DNA of 64,000 nucleotides, from positions 62,001 to 126,000 of IMG/VR virus record IMGVR_UViG_3300046665_000548; one strand, written 5' to 3'. Below the pieces are notes generated by a model. The model saw only the letters and a list, made by a program, of their open reading frames with translations. It was not told the origin of the DNA and ran no database searches. How positions within the stretch are numbered: position 1 is the stretch's first letter; every line of letters starts with the position of its first letter. Positions 20,085 through 29,724 of this stretch are shown in pieces. The position numbers and the translations under genes are program-made.

Positions 20085-20329
20085 TGGCTCAAATTCTCGA
20101 ATTACCATTCGAGGTGATCTATGACCCGTATCACTCCGGCCGACATTTCGCTTTGAAGGCGGAAATTGTTGAATGGTGCTACGCCAATCTCCAAGGACAT
20201 TACGAAGTTGAGTATGTCCGCGAAAACGTGAAGATGAAGAAGGGTCGTGTGCATTCATACACGATGAGCTTCTTCGGTGTATTTATGGATGAGAACGACG
20301 CCTTGCTGTTCAAGCTGCGCTGGCTATAA
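20084..20329 (+). CDS. FKLRW-family small protein
   Basis: EIVEWC...FMDENDALLFKLRWL. Confidence 0.7.
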   Translation: MAQILELPFEVIYDPYHSGRHFALKAEIVEWCYANLQGHYEVEYVRENVKMKKGRVHSYTMSFFGVFMDENDALLFKLRWL

Positions 20330-20336
20330 ATAGTCG

Positions 20337-21209
20337 ATGCGATATCATGAATTACTTGGTTTAGACGAAAACGTTGTTTTGGATGAAATGCCAGTTGCTC
20401 ACTATCAGACAGTGGGCAACTTTGATAAGGCGTCCTCGTTCAAACATGAGGATGACAGAAAAATCCTGACGAACCCGAAAGCGATTGCAAAGCTTCATAA
20501 GAAATTTGCGAACAATCGTTTCGATTTCAATATGTTCTTCGTGAACGTTCCGGGTATGGGTAAACACCTGGAGACCGGTGTTGTGGATGCCGAATGGATT
20601 CAGCAGAACATGCCCAAAGTCTGGCCTGAAATTCAACAGAACCTCAGCAACAATTCAATCAATATCATTTTCACAAACAACAGCGCGACGCCTCGTTATC
20701 CTATGACGGCTTGGATCATCGCTCATAGATTTGGCCACGCAGTTGACCGATATAATAAGGGCAAGAAAACGTTCGATGATATTCGCAGAACATGCACGGA
20801 TTACGCTGAACAAATCCTCCAGATATACAACACAAAGCTTCCAGCGGAACAACGATATGGCTACGGATATAACCAACCGGCCAAAGGTGCTCCAACTCGC
20901 ACGAAAACCTTGCACAATCTGTGGAAACAAATCGGCGGCATGAAGTCTGCCAGAGATGGCACACTCCGAGACGAGTACGAGTTCTACCACGAAATGTGTG
21001 CGGAATATCTGATTACGGGCGAGATCAAACTCCGTCCAATTGAAGGCGGTCTGATCACAGGATATTCCTATGGCCGACCACAGACGAGGCACTGCGCCCC
21101 CGGCGACCAGCAGTATCTCAACAGCCTTATCAATGACCTTGGCGAGACGTTGACCAACGAATACGAGAACGTCGTATCGTCAATGGTTGGTAGCATTCTC
21201 GTGATGTAA
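20337..21209 (+). CDS. Late tagged protein with a degenerate zincin-like motif
   Basis: TATAAATA 4 nt upstream; MRYHELLGLDE; WIIAHRFGHA and downstream EFYHEMCAEY. Confidence 0.6.
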   Translation: MRYHELLGLDENVVLDEMPVAHYQTVGNFDKASSFKHEDDRKILTNPKAIAKLHKKFANNRFDFNMFFVNVPGMGKHLETGVVDAEWIQQNMPKVWPEIQQNLSNNSINIIFTNNSATPRYPMTAWIIAHRFGHAVDRYNKGKKTFDDIRRTCTDYAEQILQIYNTKLPAEQRYGYGYNQPAKGAPTRTKTLHNLWKQIGGMKSARDGTLRDEYEFYHEMCAEYLITGEIKLRPIEGGLITGYSYGRPQTRHCAPGDQQYLNSLINDLGETLTNEYENVVSSMVGSILVM

Positions 21210-21277
21210 AAAAAAGGCCGCCCTCAAGGCGGCCCAAGTCAAGGGAGGAAACGCCCATCGCGCGTCGCGATGGAACG
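21208..21277 (-). ncRNA. suhB/MmgR-type alphaproteobacterial small RNA
   Basis: Minus strand: hairpin, then GGGCGTTTCCTCCCTTGACTT, then GGGCCGCC-TTGA-GGGCGGCC and T8; TTGACA-N17-TAAAAG promoter at 21311-21283. Confidence 0.75.
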
Positions 21278-21329
21278 GCCATCTTTTATGTCGATTTCCC
21301 CGTGGTGTCAAATAAATTCGTAATTTGGT

Positions 21330-21593
21330 TCAGCCGTCGAAGACATTTTCCAGCCCGGCTAGAATCGACATCCACTTTTCCTTGGAATTGTAATCCGATC
21401 TAATCTTCGTGCCGCCCTCCATCGAGAATTCGATGTAGTAGTTGTTCGGGCCATAGCGCCAGGATCGAATACCCAACAGTCTTGACCGTCTGATCCTGAG
21501 ATGAATAAGACCTTTGAACCTGATGATGATCGCATCGAATTTCAATTCAACCGTTGCTTCATCGTTTGAAGTAGGTTCTGTAGCTGAGTCCAT
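21330..21593 (-). CDS. Hypothetical protein
   Basis: AAGGA RBS. Confidence 0.6.
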   Translation of the reverse strand: MDSATEPTSNDEATVELKFDAIIIRFKGLIHLRIRRSRLLGIRSWRYGPNNYYIEFSMEGGTKIRSDYNSKEKWMSILAGLENVFDG

Positions 21594-21900
21594 CTGTATT
21601 CCTTATTCGAAAATGAAAAGTGTAGCGGGGCTGGTTTGATCAGAACCATCCGAAGTTTCACCCCCAGGGCTTAGGTTACCCACCCGCTACGACCTAACTA
21701 CCGTTGTGCCAAGGTAAAATCCTGGACACTTGCACGCGCCGCCATGCCACAGGCGGAATACCTTTACGCGACTCTAGCGCACGCCTCCCAGTCACCCACG
21801 TGCAAGTTATATGGGTTCAGGACCTGAGTCCTCTTACGGTGCCAGCCTAAGCTGACTTGCTCAATATAGCCAGCAACGTTGGTCACACCAATATATTAGA

Positions 21901-22137
21901 TCAATTGCTGAACGCGATTCTGAACATGGTGGCAATAGATGCCCCAGTTAGCTCGACCGTGTATCCAGGACCTGCTGCATAGTTGTCCAACAGTATACAT
22001 GGCCAGATCGCGTGGCTTCCCAACGCATTTTCTTTAAGCCATTCTGTTACTTCGTTTTGATCTATCTCTTCATTGGAAATTTTGAAGCGATAGACCGACT
22101 CTTCAGGGGTCAAATTTATGAATGCAATAACCTTCAT
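21901..22137 (-). CDS. FKLRW-family small protein
   Basis: EVTEWL...ATMFRIAFS; TAAATA 7 nt upstream. Confidence 0.6.
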   Translation of the reverse strand: MKVIAFINLTPEESVYRFKISNEEIDQNEVTEWLKENALGSHAIWPCILLDNYAAGPGYTVELTGASIATMFRIAFSN

Positions 22138-22165
22138 CGGCCGATATTTAGTCCCTCAGAAACGA

Positions 22166-22193
22166 AAAAGGCGGCCCGAAGGCCGCCTTTTTG
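22166..22193. terminator. Bidirectional intrinsic terminator after the tail sheath gene
   Basis: AAAAGGCGGCC-CGAA-GGCCGCCTTTT. Confidence 0.8.
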
Positions 22194-22216
22194 AACATGA
22201 TGTTCACGTTTTGTTC

Positions 22217-25153
22217 TTAGACGCTGCTCTGCTGATTACCCGAGCCACGAGCGGTCGGGAAAGTCATGGCGGCGGCCGAGGAGAGAACACGAACCGGCAC
22301 GTAGATGAATTCGATGGCCTTGATCGGCTTGATCAGGATATCGACCCACAGTTCGTTGCGGTCGCGGCGCTCAGGGGTGTTATTCGATTCGTCGCAGAGA
22401 ACCGCAAAGTCCTCAAGAGCGCGAAGAGTAATAAGACCGGTGAGGAAGCGTTCGGTAACCAACTTGGCCGAATCACGAGTCTGCTGATCGTTCTGTTCGA
22501 AGAGGAACGGCTTCATCAGAAGGTCGAGATTGAACTTCAGGTAGTTCGCGAGACGCGCGACGTTTACGCGGTTGAGTGCGCTATCAAGCGGGTGAAGCGT
22601 CTTCTGACCGTACACGACCAGACCACGGTTTGCGATGAACGCAATCGGGTTGATCTTGTTGAGGTACAGAACGTCGCGCTGGCCCTGGTTGAGGTGAACA
22701 GGCTTGTACTCGTTCTCGCTGGTGAGATAACCGACGCTGGTAGCGTTGGATACCATACCGCGCTGGAAACCAGCCGGAGCGAACCATGGGTAAGCCACCT
22801 GATCGTTGTACGCGTAGGTGCGCAGAGCGATTGTGGACGGCGGAACCATGATCTCGAAACCATCGAGGTTAGTCGAGAGACCCCAAGGGTAGTAAAGACC
22901 CGTGTAGGTCGGAGACGTAACACTCGCGAGACCTTCGTCACCCGGCGAGACGGCCAATTTGGCGTTGGTTGCCCAATCCTGAACCGCAGTGCCGTTCGGC
23001 TTAAGGCGAGCCGGAGTATCACCGATGATGAAGCTGACCTCCTTCTGATCCAGATTGAGGGTGCCCATCTCATCCATCAGTTCCGGATAACCAGGAGCAG
23101 CGATGAGATTGTAGTAGATGACCTCAGAGCGAACGTCTTCGTTTGCAGTGACGACAGCCTGCATTGCACGGACAATCATCTGACGTTGTGCCTTGCGGCC
23201 CATCCAAGGAGCGCCGTCGTAACGGTTTCCAGAGGCGGTTACCCAACGGCCGAGGGTGTCAACTGGCGGCATGAGGTAGTTGTCCTCACCGACAGAGTAC
23301 GATGTCTGGCCGTAGTTGGTCTCAGGATCAAAGTGACCTTCCTTGAAGTAGTTTGGCTGCCATTCCTTGACGTTGTAGGTCGAGAAGCGGGTGTTGAAGA
23401 GCAGCATGCCGTCTGGGTGTACCAGAGCCTGAGGAGCATCTGGATCAACGTAGTCGGACACGAGCATGTCAGACATCAACTCAGAGAATGCTGTGCTGTG
23501 ACCGAGCGCTTCACCGTTGTCGTCCATCGTTGGGCCAGCGTTTTCGCGGGCGTCAGCAAAGACGATACCGAACGGGGTAGTCTGGTCAGTCAGATCAACG
23601 CGCTTCCAACGAAGAGAGGTCTCGTCGTAACGGTACAGAGCCGGATAGTTTTCGAGATCAGACGTATCGATCCAGAGATCGTAGTCAACCAGCGCGGTAT
23701 CGTCGCTCTGGGTGATCGGTTCTGAACCGGAGAGAATGACGCCCTTCGGATCGGTCGAAGGATAGCGCTTGCGGTAACCCTGCCAAATCTGACCAGTGCC
23801 GACCATGACATCGACGTGGAAATCTGCATTGTACCAGAGAGTACCTTCTTCTGGGTCCTGCGACGGAGGAACAGCGGAAGCGACGTAGGTCAGGTCTGTC
23901 CACATCGTGCCATCCCAGCGACGAAGCACCTGGACGCCCGTGGATGGATCGAACGCGACGTAAACGTTACCAACGCTTGGAACACCAAGAGTGAAGGCGC
24001 GCAGGTCCTTGTTGGTGTCGCCGTCATTGAGAGTCGAGTCGTAAACGAAGAACGGAGCGGTGCGAACTGTCCACTGCTGAGTTGTAGCAGAGTAGACCTT
24101 CACATCCCACTTAGCGCCACGGTTCGGGCTGGTGCCCTTGATCCAAACGTCACCGGAGGCAGAACCAGCCGGGTACTGAGCGTCGGAGGTGCGAACAATG
24201 CGGTTGCCCTTGGTCGTTCCAGCGGTGATACCGAGGACCGTAAGCGGCGTTCCGGTTACGTTGGCGATTGCGATGTCACCACCGGCAGTGTTCGTGAGAA
24301 CAAGACGATTGTTGCTGATCGCAGCAGTGAGGCTTGGAACAGCAGCGGCGGTGATGTCCGTGACAACGTTCGCCAGAGTACCGGTGCCGGTCGAGAACGT
24401 GACCGTGTGCGGACCGTTGCCGGTGTTGATGCTGATCGAGTTGCCGACAGTAACGCTGGCAGGAGAGACGGAACCAGACACCACGGTTGGACGAGCGGCC
24501 TTCCAGCCCGTGCTACCCAGAGCGTACCAAGAACCTGCGATCTTTTCGTAGAACTTGTTGTCGTGAGTTGCGACCACAACTGCGTAGTCACCGTCAAGAC
24601 CGTAGCCGGGCTTCGGAACGTAGGCACTGTTGACGAGAACCGTATCGGTTTCGTATGCAACGCGAACACGCTTGTGGACCCATGCAGCGCCTGCAATCAG
24701 GTTACCATTCGACTTGAACAGACCCCATTCGGTTGTGCTGGTGTCGAGCCAGTAAGTGCCAGGAGCCGGAGGAGCAGTCGGTGCCAGATTTGCGTGTGCA
24801 AGCTGAGCAAGATCGATGTCAGCGCGCAGGATGTAGGCACGGTTCGCAATACCCAGATACGAGTAAGCGGCGTGAAGACCGTATTCGTTCAGTTCCGAAC
24901 CATGCAGCGGCGTGCCTTCCAGCGTCTGGAAGGTTGGGTTGCCGTAGTTCTGCACGAGATCGCGCTGGCTTGTGGCGAGGTAGAGCGGGTTAGCAACAGG
25001 CGAAGTCAGAGGGGCGTAATCCGTGCCTCCTGGCGTCAGCTTGTTGTTGGCAGTCGCGATCACGATCAGAGGGACAGTACCGGGTCCCGCACCACCGTAG
25101 AACGACTGGTCGAGAATTTGTACGTCTACGCCGGGCGAGACTAGAATTGTCAT
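22217..25153 (-). CDS. Tail sheath protein (gp18-like) with large insertion domains
   Basis: LVSPGV N-terminus; PWFAPAG..RG, RDVLY..KINPI, YGQKTL, RVNVARL, FEQND, IKPIKAIEFIY. Confidence 0.95.
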   Translation of the reverse strand: MTILVSPGVDVQILDQSFYGGAGPGTVPLIVIATANNKLTPGGTDYAPLTSPVANPLYLATSQRDLVQNYGNPTFQTLEGTPLHGSELNEYGLHAAYSYLGIANRAYILRADIDLAQLAHANLAPTAPPAPGTYWLDTSTTEWGLFKSNGNLIAGAAWVHKRVRVAYETDTVLVNSAYVPKPGYGLDGDYAVVVATHDNKFYEKIAGSWYALGSTGWKAARPTVVSGSVSPASVTVGNSISINTGNGPHTVTFSTGTGTLANVVTDITAAAVPSLTAAISNNRLVLTNTAGGDIAIANVTGTPLTVLGITAGTTKGNRIVRTSDAQYPAGSASGDVWIKGTSPNRGAKWDVKVYSATTQQWTVRTAPFFVYDSTLNDGDTNKDLRAFTLGVPSVGNVYVAFDPSTGVQVLRRWDGTMWTDLTYVASAVPPSQDPEEGTLWYNADFHVDVMVGTGQIWQGYRKRYPSTDPKGVILSGSEPITQSDDTALVDYDLWIDTSDLENYPALYRYDETSLRWKRVDLTDQTTPFGIVFADARENAGPTMDDNGEALGHSTAFSELMSDMLVSDYVDPDAPQALVHPDGMLLFNTRFSTYNVKEWQPNYFKEGHFDPETNYGQTSYSVGEDNYLMPPVDTLGRWVTASGNRYDGAPWMGRKAQRQMIVRAMQAVVTANEDVRSEVIYYNLIAAPGYPELMDEMGTLNLDQKEVSFIIGDTPARLKPNGTAVQDWATNAKLAVSPGDEGLASVTSPTYTGLYYPWGLSTNLDGFEIMVPPSTIALRTYAYNDQVAYPWFAPAGFQRGMVSNATSVGYLTSENEYKPVHLNQGQRDVLYLNKINPIAFIANRGLVVYGQKTLHPLDSALNRVNVARLANYLKFNLDLLMKPFLFEQNDQQTRDSAKLVTERFLTGLITLRALEDFAVLCDESNNTPERRDRNELWVDILIKPIKAIEFIYVPVRVLSSAAAMTFPTARGSGNQQSSV

Positions 25154-25295
25154 TTGGTATATACTCCCTTGAAGAGTTCTTTTGATTATTTATGCGAAGG
25201 CACAGACTTCATTGGCTTAAAAGCCACACTTTTCCGCGCGACCCATCTTGTGCTGGTATTTACTTGGAGGGAGCCAAGAAGGTGTTACAAGGCGA

Positions 25296-25325
25296 CTTGA
25301 CAAATGCTCAATTCAGTGTAGATTG
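25296..25325 (+). promoter_or_regulatory. Early sigma70-type promoter CTTGAC-N17/18-TAGATT (representative)
   Basis: Similar elements near 2726, 6892, 11005, 55644, 60784 and 61790, and on the minus strand near 8868, 28935, 35878 and 38866. Confidence 0.7.
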
Positions 25326-25351
25326 GTTGAAATTCTCAGGGAGATATCCGG

Positions 25352-26254
25352 ATGAGCTTTGTTGACCGTCTTCTCGTGCCCGGCGACCGAGTGGTCTGTA
25401 AGATGGACCGCGAATCTCGTAGCTGGGGCCACAAGGGTCCTCCGAATGGGACCCTCGGGACGTTCAAGGGGGCGACTCGTTTCCTTCGGGAGCGCTCTCG
25501 CTACGGCAATGACCGTTATTTTTACGAGCCCGGCATTTACGAGGCCAACGGCGTCGCCATGATCGATTGGGACGACGGTAGCTCGGACGTTAGCGGCTGG
25601 GCTCACGAGTTGGCGGACAAGGCGGAATACAAGCGCCGTCTCGATGCCTATCACGCGATCAAGGACAAGCCCTTCGGCTACGGCGAAAACGTCATCAAGG
25701 TCGGGGAACTGCCGGAAACCAAGTTCTACGAACTCGACATCGTTCGCATCCTGAACGGCTTTGAGGACATGACCGACAGGGGCTACGGAGCACGAATCGC
25801 CGCCGTAGAGTGGGGCTGGAAGAAGGAAGACGGCCTCAGCGTTTACCGAGTCGAATGGATCGATAAGAACGGCGAGTATGCTCGCGCCGGGCACACGTAT
25901 ATGAACGATAGTCAGTTGGAGCTAGTCGAGCGCGGCAACGTGTGGAAGGAATTCCACGGTGAGCCTCTGATCTTCAAGGATTTGAGGGAAGAGATCGCGT
26001 TTGCTCAAGGCATGGGGCGTTACAAGGAGGTTCGCAATCCAGCGAGCAATCTCTTCTCGTGGACCGGCCGGGAGGCAATCGAAGCGGTTCGTGACGGGAT
26101 CGCAGACGGCTTCTCGCTGGCTGGTGCATTCCTCGGCGTGCCGCCGCGCCCGAGCCTTCACAAGTTCGAAGATCGTGACCTGGGTGAACGTGTACGTCAG
26201 GCCACCATCGCAGGGTTCGAGGGGGTTGTTGACCCCGACGACCGGCTCACGTGA
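25352..26254 (+). CDS. Early hypothetical protein
   Basis: CTTGAC-N-TAGATT promoter; GGAG RBS. Confidence 0.75.
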   Translation: MSFVDRLLVPGDRVVCKMDRESRSWGHKGPPNGTLGTFKGATRFLRERSRYGNDRYFYEPGIYEANGVAMIDWDDGSSDVSGWAHELADKAEYKRRLDAYHAIKDKPFGYGENVIKVGELPETKFYELDIVRILNGFEDMTDRGYGARIAAVEWGWKKEDGLSVYRVEWIDKNGEYARAGHTYMNDSQLELVERGNVWKEFHGEPLIFKDLREEIAFAQGMGRYKEVRNPASNLFSWTGREAIEAVRDGIADGFSLAGAFLGVPPRPSLHKFEDRDLGERVRQATIAGFEGVVDPDDRLT

Positions 26255-26440
26255 GGGCAAAGCAATGACGTATGTAGCTGCATTTCTGCTAGTCTACTCT
26301 TGGACCGACTGCGGCAGCGGCGTGAGTTGCTACCGCTTCGAGAACGTCGTCCCCGGTATCGCTTCGGACGACGATTGCAAGGCGCTTGGTAAAGCTCTCA
26401 CGGCCGATAAGACGGATCGGCCGAGGTTCAAGTGCACGTC

Positions 26441-27013
26441 TTATGCGATGGCCGGTCGTTCATAACCCATCAGGGTTCGGATAGCCTCTTTCCCATTGGC
26501 CAGAAGGTCTCTAGAGCCCACAGCGGCATAGACGCCTTCTGGTACGGGAGGTGTGTCGATAGGCGTCCAGAGCCCTTCCCAGGCGTACCAAGTGCTATCT
26601 GATTGATCGTAGACGTAGGCTTTGCAGGGTGCCGAGTCGAAGCGGTCAAGGAACATCTGTACGGCCCACGCGGTGCCACCCTGAACCATACCCTTCTTGA
26701 TCGTTGATACCGCGTAAAGGCTTTCCGAGTCCCGGACCTGATACCAGTTTCGACGCAGGAGATTTGTCGCAAAAGGGCTCTTAGGCGGGAACTGTCTTTT
26801 CATGGTCTTGTTCGCTCGCTCCAGATACGGATCGGCTTCCATCAATTGATCGAGCGTCAGGACGGCAACTTCCGAATATGGAGCTTTGGAACGAGCCCCC
26901 TCGAAGCTCCAATGCACGACCATATCGCCGCGCTTGCCTGCGACCATTCCCCACTGCATATCCGCGCCATCCGCTCCACCGGAAAGGCAAATTGGTTTTT
27001 CCCCCACGATCAT
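26441..27013 (-). CDS. SLOG-superfamily (DprA/YspA-like) nucleotide-binding protein
   Basis: CLSGGADGAD, RNWYQV, GGTAWAV motifs. Confidence 0.6.
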   Translation of the reverse strand: MIVGEKPICLSGGADGADMQWGMVAGKRGDMVVHWSFEGARSKAPYSEVAVLTLDQLMEADPYLERANKTMKRQFPPKSPFATNLLRRNWYQVRDSESLYAVSTIKKGMVQGGTAWAVQMFLDRFDSAPCKAYVYDQSDSTWYAWEGLWTPIDTPPVPEGVYAAVGSRDLLANGKEAIRTLMGYERPAIA

Positions 27014-27657
27014 TTCAGCAATCCTTCGGTTCTCGCAAACAGAGCGTCGAGGGTGCTATCGTTTTCAATCGTCGCATCGACCGGGAAACCGATCCAAGCC
27101 CATTCCGAAATATGGATGCCCGTCTTGACCATTTCGTCGTGAGCTTGAGGAGCATGCAGGAAGGTGTCGCTGTTCGCGGCGTCTGCCATGCTGTACCATT
27201 CCGGCTCAGGGCCGCGCTTCACTCGGAAGGTACGACCACCGAGCGACTTGATCATTTTCAATTCGTTCGGAAAACGAGCGTCGGTAAGGACGACCTTAGC
27301 CTGTCCTCCGTGCTCGGACTGGAGATTCCAGACGCGGCGTTCGACGTTAGAAATCCACAGATCGTTATTGAAATGCTTTCTCAGACACTCGGTGCCGACA
27401 TTCTGGAGAGCCCATCGCGGCGTGAAATGAGGAATGTCGAGCTTTGCTGCCCACCAGGGATCGATTTGATCACGCCATTCGCGGCTCTGAGGGTTCTTCC
27501 CATCGAGCAAGACGCGATCCCAACAGAAGATCGCCGCGCATGTGTCTTTGAGGGCGTCGGCAAATGCCATGTCAAAGAAACCGTGTTCTTCGACCAGATA
27601 CCGACCTACTGTGTCTTTACCACTTCCAATGAAGCCAACTAATGCAATGATGTCCAT
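27010..27657 (-). CDS. Deoxynucleoside monophosphate kinase (T4 gp1-like)
   Basis: GFIGSGKDT, FADALKD, TPRWALQ.VGTE, DARFPNE, HISE motifs. Confidence 0.9.
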   Translation of the reverse strand: MDIIALVGFIGSGKDTVGRYLVEEHGFFDMAFADALKDTCAAIFCWDRVLLDGKNPQSREWRDQIDPWWAAKLDIPHFTPRWALQNVGTECLRKHFNNDLWISNVERRVWNLQSEHGGQAKVVLTDARFPNELKMIKSLGGRTFRVKRGPEPEWYSMADAANSDTFLHAPQAHDEMVKTGIHISEWAWIGFPVDATIENDSTLDALFARTEGLLK

Positions 27658-27717
27658 AGTACCAAGAGATTTGATTATCTCTCGATACTACTCACCATGT
27701 CATGTAATTGTCGAAAT

Positions 27718-27942
27718 TTACCTGCGCAGGAATAGAAAGACAGCTATAGCGCCACCGATCAGAAGAATGTATGGGAATATGAAAATCAACGCCAGGACAG
27801 TGATAATAAGCAATGCGAACAACAATTTATTGATGATCAGCAAGCCATTAGACGCCGCCGCAGGCGAACCTGGAATAGATGCTATTAACAAGAATAGAAT
27901 CACAGGTATTGCCAGGATAAGACCTAAGACTGCGAGAAACAT
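27718..27942 (-). CDS. Small membrane protein
   Basis: Two long hydrophobic segments. Confidence 0.5.
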   Translation of the reverse strand: MFLAVLGLILAIPVILFLLIASIPGSPAAASNGLLIINKLLFALLIITVLALIFIFPYILLIGGAIAVFLFLRR

Positions 27943-27952
27943 TCTCTATCCT

Positions 27953-28489
27953 TCACCAAGGCGGCTTGATACCGCTCTGCTGCAACACTGCAATCAGAGC
28001 TTCGGCGTTACCGAGTGCGTCATTGACCGCCGTATGATCGTGGGGAGCCTTACGGAGGCGCTTCCATTTCTTATTTGCGTTGAGATCGCGGGACAGGCCG
28101 CAATACAGATCGCCAATTCGTCTAGCTGAATGACCGAACAAAGTCTTGCCGAGATGCTGGACCGTGTAGCTGTTGATCCACATACAATCAAACGCAGGAT
28201 TGTCCGACCATAGATTACGGCGGCCGGGCGCAATCTCTTCGAGCCATGCTTCAAGCTCCTGGAGGGCTTCCTTGGGCGACTTGCCACGCGAGATGCTTTC
28301 CTCGCGGGTAACGCCAATGGATTTCAGTGCCTCTGGAACGAAGTTGTCCGTTTGAGGCGCGATAGCTCGGCCGAAGCTCGGCAATGGTCCAGTTTCGACA
28401 ATCTTGACGACACCGATCTCGATCATAGAAAAGACGGGCGGGGCTGGCCCGTCCGCCTCTACATCGATCACAAAGTGATATTGCTTCAC
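27953..28489 (-). CDS. DEDDh 3'-5' exonuclease
   Basis: IDVEADG, NPAFD, HTAVNDA motifs. Confidence 0.85.
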   Translation of the reverse strand: MKQYHFVIDVEADGPAPPVFSMIEIGVVKIVETGPLPSFGRAIAPQTDNFVPEALKSIGVTREESISRGKSPKEALQELEAWLEEIAPGRRNLWSDNPAFDCMWINSYTVQHLGKTLFGHSARRIGDLYCGLSRDLNANKKWKRLRKAPHDHTAVNDALGNAEALIAVLQQSGIKPPW

Positions 28490-28926
28490 GCCATCAAATC
28501 CAGATCGGCCATCAGGACGGAAAGCAGCAGGTCTTTACGCCCGAAGACATAACCACAGGTGTCCAGCGGGATCAGATGGAAGGAGTCGCCATCCTTGAGC
28601 GGATAGCTAGGGTCATGCGTGATGTCCGCGTGAAAACCCAAGCGTTGGGCCATTGCGACCTTCGTGCGCATCTGACGCTCGGTCACACCCAGGCAAATGC
28701 AGGTACCGAAACCCTTGCCGGTCTCGCCCTCCCATTCTTGCAGAAGCTTGCCCAGATCAGCACTTCCCTGACGAGCATGAAACACACACTGGTTCGCGGC
28801 ATGCGTACCCTGAGCCACCGCCTTGCCCGGATTCATCGAGCCTAGATCAGTTCGCATCAGGATGTACAAGTATACAGGGGCTTGTTTGATTTCGTCCATA
28901 CAACCGCTTTTAGCCAAAATCGCCAC
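28486..28926 (-). CDS. Peptidyl-tRNA hydrolase, Pth2 family
   Basis: YILMRTDL.SMNPGKAVAQGTHA, ITHDP, TCGYVFG. Confidence 0.75.
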   Translation of the reverse strand: MAILAKSGCMDEIKQAPVYLYILMRTDLGSMNPGKAVAQGTHAANQCVFHARQGSADLGKLLQEWEGETGKGFGTCICLGVTERQMRTKVAMAQRLGFHADITHDPSYPLKDGDSFHLIPLDTCGYVFGRKDLLLSVLMADLDLMA

Positions 28927-28941
28927 TACGTCAAGTGTTTT

Positions 28942-29190
28942 TTAGAACCAACGTAGCTTGAAAAGAGTCGCTTCGCGTACCGAATTGAAGATCAGGTCGT
29001 ATTGAATCTCGTCCCCAGTCTGGGGCTCTTTACGTTTCTGGTGGACGATTTTCAAGCTAGGTATGATGCTCTCGGCCATGAGCCAATCGATAACGTCATC
29101 ATTCAGCACGAAATTAGCCGTGTCGCCATACCACCAAATCGCATGGTCGTTAATCAGATGACGCGGCAACCTGATAGTAATCAAATCCAT
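28942..29190 (-). CDS. FKLRW-family small protein
   Basis: DVIDWL...FNSVREATLFKLRWF. Confidence 0.7.
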   Translation of the reverse strand: MDLITIRLPRHLINDHAIWWYGDTANFVLNDDVIDWLMAESIIPSLKIVHQKRKEPQTGDEIQYDLIFNSVREATLFKLRWF

Positions 29191-29423
29191 CGAAGTTTGA
29201 AATGTAGAAGATCGTTCGAGCATGCAAATACAACACAATATCCGGGAAACGACTCTGAAACGTTTATGAACAAAGACACTGGTTCAGTAAGGGTTTGATC
29301 ACACCAAGTTACTACATCGTCATCTAAACGGATATAATAAGCGTCTGGTTCGCCGTCATCGTACGCAACGGTCGCGATAACCAGATCAGTTTCGAATGGC
29401 AGACTAAGTTCGTTCATAGCCAT
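29181..29423 (-). CDS. FKLRW-family small protein
   Basis: DVVTWC...FACSNDLLHFKLRWI. Confidence 0.7.
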   Translation of the reverse strand: MAMNELSLPFETDLVIATVAYDDGEPDAYYIRLDDDVVTWCDQTLTEPVSLFINVSESFPGYCVVFACSNDLLHFKLRWI

Positions 29424-29719
29424 CGCATTTTAAAAGCGATAAAATCAGCAAAGGACGCGAAGGTCACTCGGATCAAATCTGTATTGAGAACTATCTCGAC
29501 AGTATCGAGGATTATCTCGTTCTCGTAAGCTATATGACGATGGCTCTCTGAAACGATGGGGCCTATATGATCGGTGCACCATTCGCGGACTTCAGCCGAT
29601 AAATGAGCGTGAACGCACCATTGGTAATTTTCCCATTCTTCGTAATCTTTGTCGATTAAAGCAGAGGAGAGTGGGATGTCCGCAACGTGTAATCTGATTC
29701 CCCCACTCTGCGAACCCAT
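29414..29719 (-). CDS. FKLRW-family small protein
   Basis: EVREWC...FASFADFIAFKMRWL. Confidence 0.7.
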   Translation of the reverse strand: MGSQSGGIRLHVADIPLSSALIDKDYEEWENYQWCVHAHLSAEVREWCTDHIGPIVSESHRHIAYENEIILDTVEIVLNTDLIRVTFASFADFIAFKMRWL

Positions 29720-29724
29720 GACCT

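Noticed and set aside
21612-21860. Assignment as a hammerhead or pistol ribozyme, tmRNA or 6S RNA
   Set aside because: No CTGANGA core, no correctly arranged pistol P1/pseudoknot, no tRNA-like CCA end; kept as an unassigned structured RNA
22118-25144. Long plus-strand ORFs (535 and 442 aa) opposite the tail sheath gene
   Set aside because: Antisense shadows caused by strong codon bias of the sheath gene; no motifs or RBS
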